This document shows positions 58,946 to 64,000 of a stretch of 64,000 bases of DNA, in pieces. This stretch comes from Candidatus Atabeyarchaeum deiterrae. GTDB taxonomy: Archaea; Asgardarchaeota; Atabeyarchaeia; Atabeyarchaeales; Atabeyarchaeaceae. The translations under genes and the position numbers were made by a program. Location of the stretch: positions 992,001-1,056,000 of the forward strand of contig CP147780.1 of assembly GCA_037310415.1 (NCBI GenBank), given 5' to 3'. The notes under the pieces are model-generated. The model searched no databases, was not told the DNA's origin, and saw only the letters and a list, made by a program, of their open reading frames with translations. Position 1 is the first letter of the stretch; each line of letters starts with the position of its first letter.

Positions 58946-59794
58946 TCAGGCGACCCCACGCCACTCCTTGAGCGCCTTCTCATATCTTTCAGGCGTTCCC
59001 GTGTCAAACCACTGACCCGAGAACACGTAGCCGTACAATTCACCCTTTTCAGCTATCCGCGGGAAGACGTCTTTCTCTATAAACGACATCCTTCCATCAG
59101 AGATCAAATCGATGACTGATGGCTCAAGAATATACAATCCAGTGTTTATGAGTTTTGAGGGCGCATCCTCCTTGCGGGGTTTTTCAACGAACTTGATTAT
59201 CTTGTTTCCTTCGAGTACTGCCACGCCATAGCTTGAGGGGTCGTCAACAGTGGTCAGAGCAATTGTTGCAGTGGCCCTGTTCTCACGGTGAGTTTGATAC
59301 ATCTTGTATAAATCGATGCTCATCAGGTTATCTCCATTCACCATTATGAAAGTATCTTTGAGAAGGTGCTTAGCAAGTCTGAGAGGTCCGCCTGTACCGA
59401 GTTCCTGCTCTTCCTCCACGAAAGTTATCTTAACGCCAAACCTCTTCTCATCGCGGAAATACTCCTTTATCTTTTCGCCAAGATATCCAATGCTTATGAC
59501 GATATCCCGAACCTCGTATGTCCGGAGCAAATCAATGACATGCTCAAGGATCGGCTTTCCTTGAAGCGGGACCAGTGGCTTGGGAATCTCATAGGTTATT
59601 GGGCGGAGCCGAGTTCCTTTGCCGCCAGCCAAGATGAAAGCTTTGAGAGGCATTTTCTCAACCAAGGCCCTCACAAGCAATGATTCGACTGCTTGAGAAA
59701 GATTCCTCAACTTAACACCATCAATCATTGAACTGATCTTCCGCACAACATCACTGTCGAGGGTTATTGAAAGCTTCTTTTTTCGTCTCATCAT
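58946..59794 (-). CDS. Sugar-phosphate nucleotidyltransferase with N-terminal ribbon-helix-helix domain
   Basis: KKLSITLD...NLSQAVE; ILAGGKGTRLRP, PKPL, GTGG, NGD, FVEKP, WFDTGT. Confidence 0.88.
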   Translation of the reverse strand: MMRRKKKLSITLDSDVVRKISSMIDGVKLRNLSQAVESLLVRALVEKMPLKAFILAGGKGTRLRPITYEIPKPLVPLQGKPILEHVIDLLRTYEVRDIVISIGYLGEKIKEYFRDEKRFGVKITFVEEEQELGTGGPLRLAKHLLKDTFIMVNGDNLMSIDLYKMYQTHRENRATATIALTTVDDPSSYGVAVLEGNKIIKFVEKPRKEDAPSKLINTGLYILEPSVIDLISDGRMSFIEKDVFPRIAEKGELYGYVFSGQWFDTGTPERYEKALKEWRGVA

Positions 59795-60038
59795 GTCAAT
59801 GCCAGCCCTGCCGTGGTTCTTCGGTATACGTTTACGAATCAGCTAGCTAACCATTGAAACGTCACGCACCAAACTATCTGAGCTTCAACAATACCTTGGT
59901 TGACAAGTTGAATTGAAGAGTAGAAAACCGATATAAGATTCACGTAATATAAATAGGTATCTTAACGGAAAAAGTGCTTAACTTGTCAGATACAAGCAAC
60001 CCTGACGCGATAGCAAAATTGGGGCGCGTGTTACTCAG

Positions 60039-60329
60039 ATGAACTTCTTGTCAGGCGAGCTGATCCTTGCAGGCATGCTCATCCTCTTGGTAGGCATTGC
60101 ATTCACAATCGCAGGGATAATTGCGGCATTATCTAGGCGAAGTTCTGGAGAAAACAGTGGCAAGAAAAAGAATAAGGGAAGTAACAGAAAGTCGCGAGGT
60201 GGTGGAGTAATACTCATAGGTCCTATTCCGATCCTTTTCGGAACCGATAGAAAGGCGCTAGCGATAACTATTTGTCTCGTGATATTGCTAGTGTTCCTTT
60301 ACCTCATGTTCCTTCTAGGTCATGGTTAG
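60039..60329 (+). CDS. DUF131-like membrane protein
   Basis: GGGVILIGPIPILFGTD between TM segments. Confidence 0.8.
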   Translation: MNFLSGELILAGMLILLVGIAFTIAGIIAALSRRSSGENSGKKKNKGSNRKSRGGGVILIGPIPILFGTDRKALAITICLVILLVFLYLMFLLGHG

Positions 60330-60398
60330 GTTCGGCTCTTGAGTATCATAATTGATGTGGCAGACAAAGGATAATCGATCGCAGCAAAGAAACCCTAG

Positions 60399-60725
60399 GT
60401 GACGTTTACTTTGACTAGAAGCATAAGACGACTCGGAATTGTTGGAATTACCTTTGCGTTCATCGGCATCCTGACTATCTTCTCAGGGTTCTTGCTTGAT
60501 TATCTCCTGCAAGGAAGCGGGGAATTGAATGTCTCTTTCGGCGGAGTCGTCATGATAGGACCCATTCCCGTAATATTTGGAACCGATAGAACATCTGTCT
60601 TAATTGCTGTCATCGGGGCTGCAATCTTGATGGTGTCTATGCTCATCCTGATGTGTGCAGGTTACAGGAAGAGAACGTACTCTTACTCATATCATCGACC
60701 TGCTCGTGCAATGAAGAACTTGTAG
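60399..60725 (+). CDS. DUF131-like membrane protein (second copy)
   Basis: GGVVMIGPIPVIFGTD. Confidence 0.78.
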   Translation: MTFTLTRSIRRLGIVGITFAFIGILTIFSGFLLDYLLQGSGELNVSFGGVVMIGPIPVIFGTDRTSVLIAVIGAAILMVSMLILMCAGYRKRTYSYSYHRPARAMKNL

Positions 60726-60847
60726 AAGGTATCAAAGAAAACGTTTTAAGAGCCATTGGTCGACGAGAACTTTTGTGCTTCACCAGTGTTTACGGAACCA
60801 GTGACGAACCATGAGCGGCGAACACGATGTCGTTTTTCTGCCAACTA

Positions 60848-63424
60848 CTAAGTGAAGCTGACTTGCGCTGTCGCATAGATGCTTCCATAGTAGCTTGAGA
60901 CAAGCCTCAAGTTTGCTAGCGTGCCATTCACAAAGGGGGAAGCTTGTATCTGGATAATGGCTGACTGCCCTGGGTTCAGGTAATAGGTTTCGGAATGTGA
61001 TACATATGCAGTCCCGTTCCAGACCTTGATTGGGGTGTCAATACTCCACTGATACGTATTGTTCAACCACAAAGCTCCCGTGTGTACTCTACCGGTCCAA
61101 TCTGTGAATCGGTTCAATGGGATAGCTGGAGTGGAGTTTCCGCCAATGTTCTTGACATTCAGTGTCACAGTTCCGTTGTTCTTGTAGAACGTTGTGTTTG
61201 CGGGCAGTATTTGGAGGTTGCCCATCATCTGAAGCGGCGTGTAGTCGACTTTGTAGATCTTTACAAGGTGGTTGTTGGATGCAAATGCCACTTTGAAGAA
61301 CTGAGGGCCATACGCATCTATGGACGTCACAGGAGTGAAATCATATAATTGTTGCGTTGTTTGCCAATAATCGTTTAGAGCTAGAAGGGTCGTGTCAGTG
61401 TTCGAGACACCCACCGCCGGGAACGACTCGGTTGCAATCTTGTTGTGATACTGTGAAGAAGACGTTCCCATCGCTGCGATCAAGTACGCATCGAGAGTGG
61501 TTTGCCCCAGCGGCTCAAGATTGTACATCAAGCGATATAGAGTCGTATCAAAGAATTTCGGTTGGATCAGACCACTTGATTCATCGAAGTATTGGGTTTC
61601 GTCAATGAGACCCTTCGATGCAAAGTTGTCTGCGGCAATTCTTAACATCCACAGCCACTTACCTTCATCGCCACCAATACTCGATTGCATATGCCCAAAG
61701 TACACTAGAACATAGCTGGCATTCCATCTCTGTAAGATCTGCAGCGTCGCAGTTTCATTGGTTTGCATGAACGCTAATCCTACTAATGCGATCTGCGTGC
61801 TATTGATAGTTCCATTATCATCTACCGATGTCCTGTTTCCAACGCACGTAATATAGTATCCGTAGTCCCACCAGCTGGCAACGACTGCACCTGGAGGAGC
61901 TTCATTGTTCAACCACGCCATTGCCTGTAACCAATCACGATAGGCCCCTCCAGGGAGAATGTCAGGGGGAGATAGCAATTGAATCAGCGGATAGCTTTGT
62001 CCGGGCGAATTAGAGATAATGGTACCACCATAAGCGAAAACAATGATCCCGATCAAGAAGAATGCGACAGCTGAGTAATCGCGGCCGACGCTCGGGGTTA
62101 TCCGCACTCTCTTCCTATGGACGATTTCTTCTTTGGGAGTTGACATTATTCTGGCAAACGGTTTTAGTGTGCTGGATAGCCCGTAGCCAGCAAGCACCGC
62201 CAGTATAGGTGAGAGAGTTATCACTATTCTCACCATCGATCCAGCAAAATAAATGAGGGTAATGGCCGAGATTATGATGAAGATATCTGCATCCTGGAGT
62301 CTCTTGAAAGCGAACCAGAGCCCCACGACGGCTAGAACCAAGACCACGCTTACATACCAGAAGAATGTTCCCCACTCTGTCGGCTGCTGTTCACCGACGG
62401 AAGCAAGAATTCTTGCCTGTTGATCTCTGAAGATTGGTATGATCACCGTGAGGAACTTCGGCCCAATGGGGCTAAGCGCGAATATAACAATGAACCCAGC
62501 AGCCACCAATGTGAAAAGAATGAACGGGTTGAATGTCTTTATCTTCATTCCTAATCTGCTGAACAGAGGTACCTTGGTAAGATACTTCACGCTTTCGTAT
62601 ACGATCAGGACGCCCAGCAGAAATATCGCTGGAAGAATCTCTGCTTGTTTCAATATGCTTGGAGTATTGCGGGGTGCGAGAACTGCTATGAACAGTCCGA
62701 TCAGCATTGTTATACTATATGTGTTGAAGAGTTTGACACTATAACGACGCATTATAAGCATAAGAAAGGCGAATAGGGTGAATATGTCGATGACATACAC
62801 ATAGGTTCCCCAGCTAATGCATATGAATCCTAAGGACAGACCAGCTGCGATGGCTGATGGTACTGAACCTCTTTTCAGAGATCTGACGAAGAAGTAGAAT
62901 GTGACGAGCATTACGAAAATACCAAAAGGCTCGTTGTCGAAGAATCCTGCGACTTGCCTCTGTATTATCGCTGGAGAAACTGCTATGAAGAATGCTGCAA
63001 GAACCCCTGCGCGACTGTCAAACAACTCCTTCGCAAGAAAGTATACTACAATTGGTGTCAGGGCTCCGAACACAACAGGCATGTAGTAACACACAGCGAA
63101 AGTCGAAACATGAATCCCTATCGCGTTGACAAAGTAATGGAGAATCACAGCCGTGAAAACCATTCCGGGATAAGTAGTTCCAGGTACGTCTCTTCCAAAT
63201 GGATACCAAGCAGAGTAGTCTCGCCAGCTGAACCAAGCGGGAAATCCATTGTTGACGATGTAGTCAACATTCCGCATGAAGTAGAAGGGATCAAATTCTT
63301 TGAGAAGAGGTTCGTAGAGAAATACCGGGGAGAGTCTAATAAGAAGTGCAATGACGAAGATAATTATTAGCGAACCTGCAAGTATGGCGCTGCTGCGAGG
63401 GATCTTCGCTCCGGCAGCTTTCAC
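60848..63424 (-). CDS. aglB: Oligosaccharyltransferase AglB/STT3; possible ATT start at 63490
   Basis: EFDP, YPFGR, GFFDNE, SVGEQQP, SWWDYG, DNGT, DEGKWLWMLRIA. Confidence 0.93.
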   Translation of the reverse strand: MKAAGAKIPRSSAILAGSLIIIFVIALLIRLSPVFLYEPLLKEFDPFYFMRNVDYIVNNGFPAWFSWRDYSAWYPFGRDVPGTTYPGMVFTAVILHYFVNAIGIHVSTFAVCYYMPVVFGALTPIVVYFLAKELFDSRAGVLAAFFIAVSPAIIQRQVAGFFDNEPFGIFVMLVTFYFFVRSLKRGSVPSAIAAGLSLGFICISWGTYVYVIDIFTLFAFLMLIMRRYSVKLFNTYSITMLIGLFIAVLAPRNTPSILKQAEILPAIFLLGVLIVYESVKYLTKVPLFSRLGMKIKTFNPFILFTLVAAGFIVIFALSPIGPKFLTVIIPIFRDQQARILASVGEQQPTEWGTFFWYVSVVLVLAVVGLWFAFKRLQDADIFIIISAITLIYFAGSMVRIVITLSPILAVLAGYGLSSTLKPFARIMSTPKEEIVHRKRVRITPSVGRDYSAVAFFLIGIIVFAYGGTIISNSPGQSYPLIQLLSPPDILPGGAYRDWLQAMAWLNNEAPPGAVVASWWDYGYYITCVGNRTSVDDNGTINSTQIALVGLAFMQTNETATLQILQRWNASYVLVYFGHMQSSIGGDEGKWLWMLRIAADNFASKGLIDETQYFDESSGLIQPKFFDTTLYRLMYNLEPLGQTTLDAYLIAAMGTSSSQYHNKIATESFPAVGVSNTDTTLLALNDYWQTTQQLYDFTPVTSIDAYGPQFFKVAFASNNHLVKIYKVDYTPLQMMGNLQILPANTTFYKNNGTVTLNVKNIGGNSTPAIPLNRFTDWTGRVHTGALWLNNTYQWSIDTPIKVWNGTAYVSHSETYYLNPGQSAIIQIQASPFVNGTLANLRLVSSYYGSIYATAQVSFT

Positions 63425-63913
63425 TGCACCACGAATGAACCCACCTATCTTACCTACACCTTTCTTGAAGGCTCTCCAGACAACCGAAATAGCTCAGAAA
63501 CCCCCGACGCATTTGACATCTCAAATTTGAGGAAAGGGTTGAAATCGGATTGTGAACAGTTACTCATATACTTTATGGTATGACTTTGATTCTGTGCAAC
63601 CCTTCTTGGATTCAGTCCATGCGACGATCATATGGCTGACTAGTATAATAGTCAAGCCCCTCCTTGCTGCGAAGATATAATCTACCGAAGATAATCTCGG
63701 CTGGTCGGTTCTAAAACCTTAACTTCATCAAAACACAGTCGCTGTAAAGGCAACAAGATTTAAGTCTGAAAAAGAATATTCCCTCTTCAACTTAAAACAG
63801 ATGACCTTTGTTTCGAGTAGCACACTAGTCTCGTAGCTCTTCATGTTCACCAAGTCAGGTGCCTACAGAGGGTGTTGCATCCAATCGAATTGTGAGCCTC
63901 AGAGGTCATAAAC

Positions 63914-64000
63914 ATGCTTGACATAAAACTGATTAGAGAAAACCCTGAAGCGGTGAAAAACAACCTCAGGAAAAGAGGAGACAATGAAAAGCTAGCCTGG
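63914..64000 (+). CDS. serS: Seryl-tRNA synthetase, N-terminal fragment running off the window
   Basis: GAGGT SD, then MLDIKLIRENPEAVKNNLRKRG, the characteristic SerRS N-terminus. Confidence 0.8.
   Translation, partial: MLDIKLIRENPEAVKNNLRKRGDNEKLAW

Noticed and set aside
1-64000. tRNA, rRNA or CRISPR array
   Set aside because: No cloverleaf, rRNA-like segment or regularly spaced repeat seen by eye; tRNAscan-SE and Infernal runs would be needed to exclude small RNAs

Overview
Archaeal chromosomal window, very probably from an Asgard archaeon. Support: archaeal PoK/PPS CoA enzymes, archaeal uS12, AglB and Nre genes, plus eukaryotic-signature-type Rab-like GTPase, roadblock-like and longin-like proteins. 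It holds about 55 protein genes or gene relics; I saw no rRNA, tRNA or CRISPR array. Main leads: (1) A pantothenate/CoA operon (pok, pps, X, panE, mfnA/adc) lacks panB, and X is a hexulose-6-phosphate-synthase/RraA-type aldolase fusion, a candidate folate-independent ketopantoate synthase. (2) An orphan, divergent uS12 gene has a sharp internal strand-skew switch (51 consecutive A/C-ending codons, then mostly G/T-ending codons). It faces a free-standing 893-aa HTH-LAGLIDADG gene, suggesting an intron-less homing system aimed at a ribosomal protein gene. (3) An LpxC-like Zn deacetylase is coupled to an apparently inactive M20 protein. (4) A 2352-aa Lhr helicase carries four tandem AlkZ/HTH_42-like modules, three spaced exactly 1200 nt apart. 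Also present: a second RHH plus LAGLIDADG cassette, a pseudo-HAD, a decaying integrase island with a frameshifted clan-CD peptidase, and a TrmB-like protein with a very long helical insert. All family calls come from motif recognition by eye; no database search was run.
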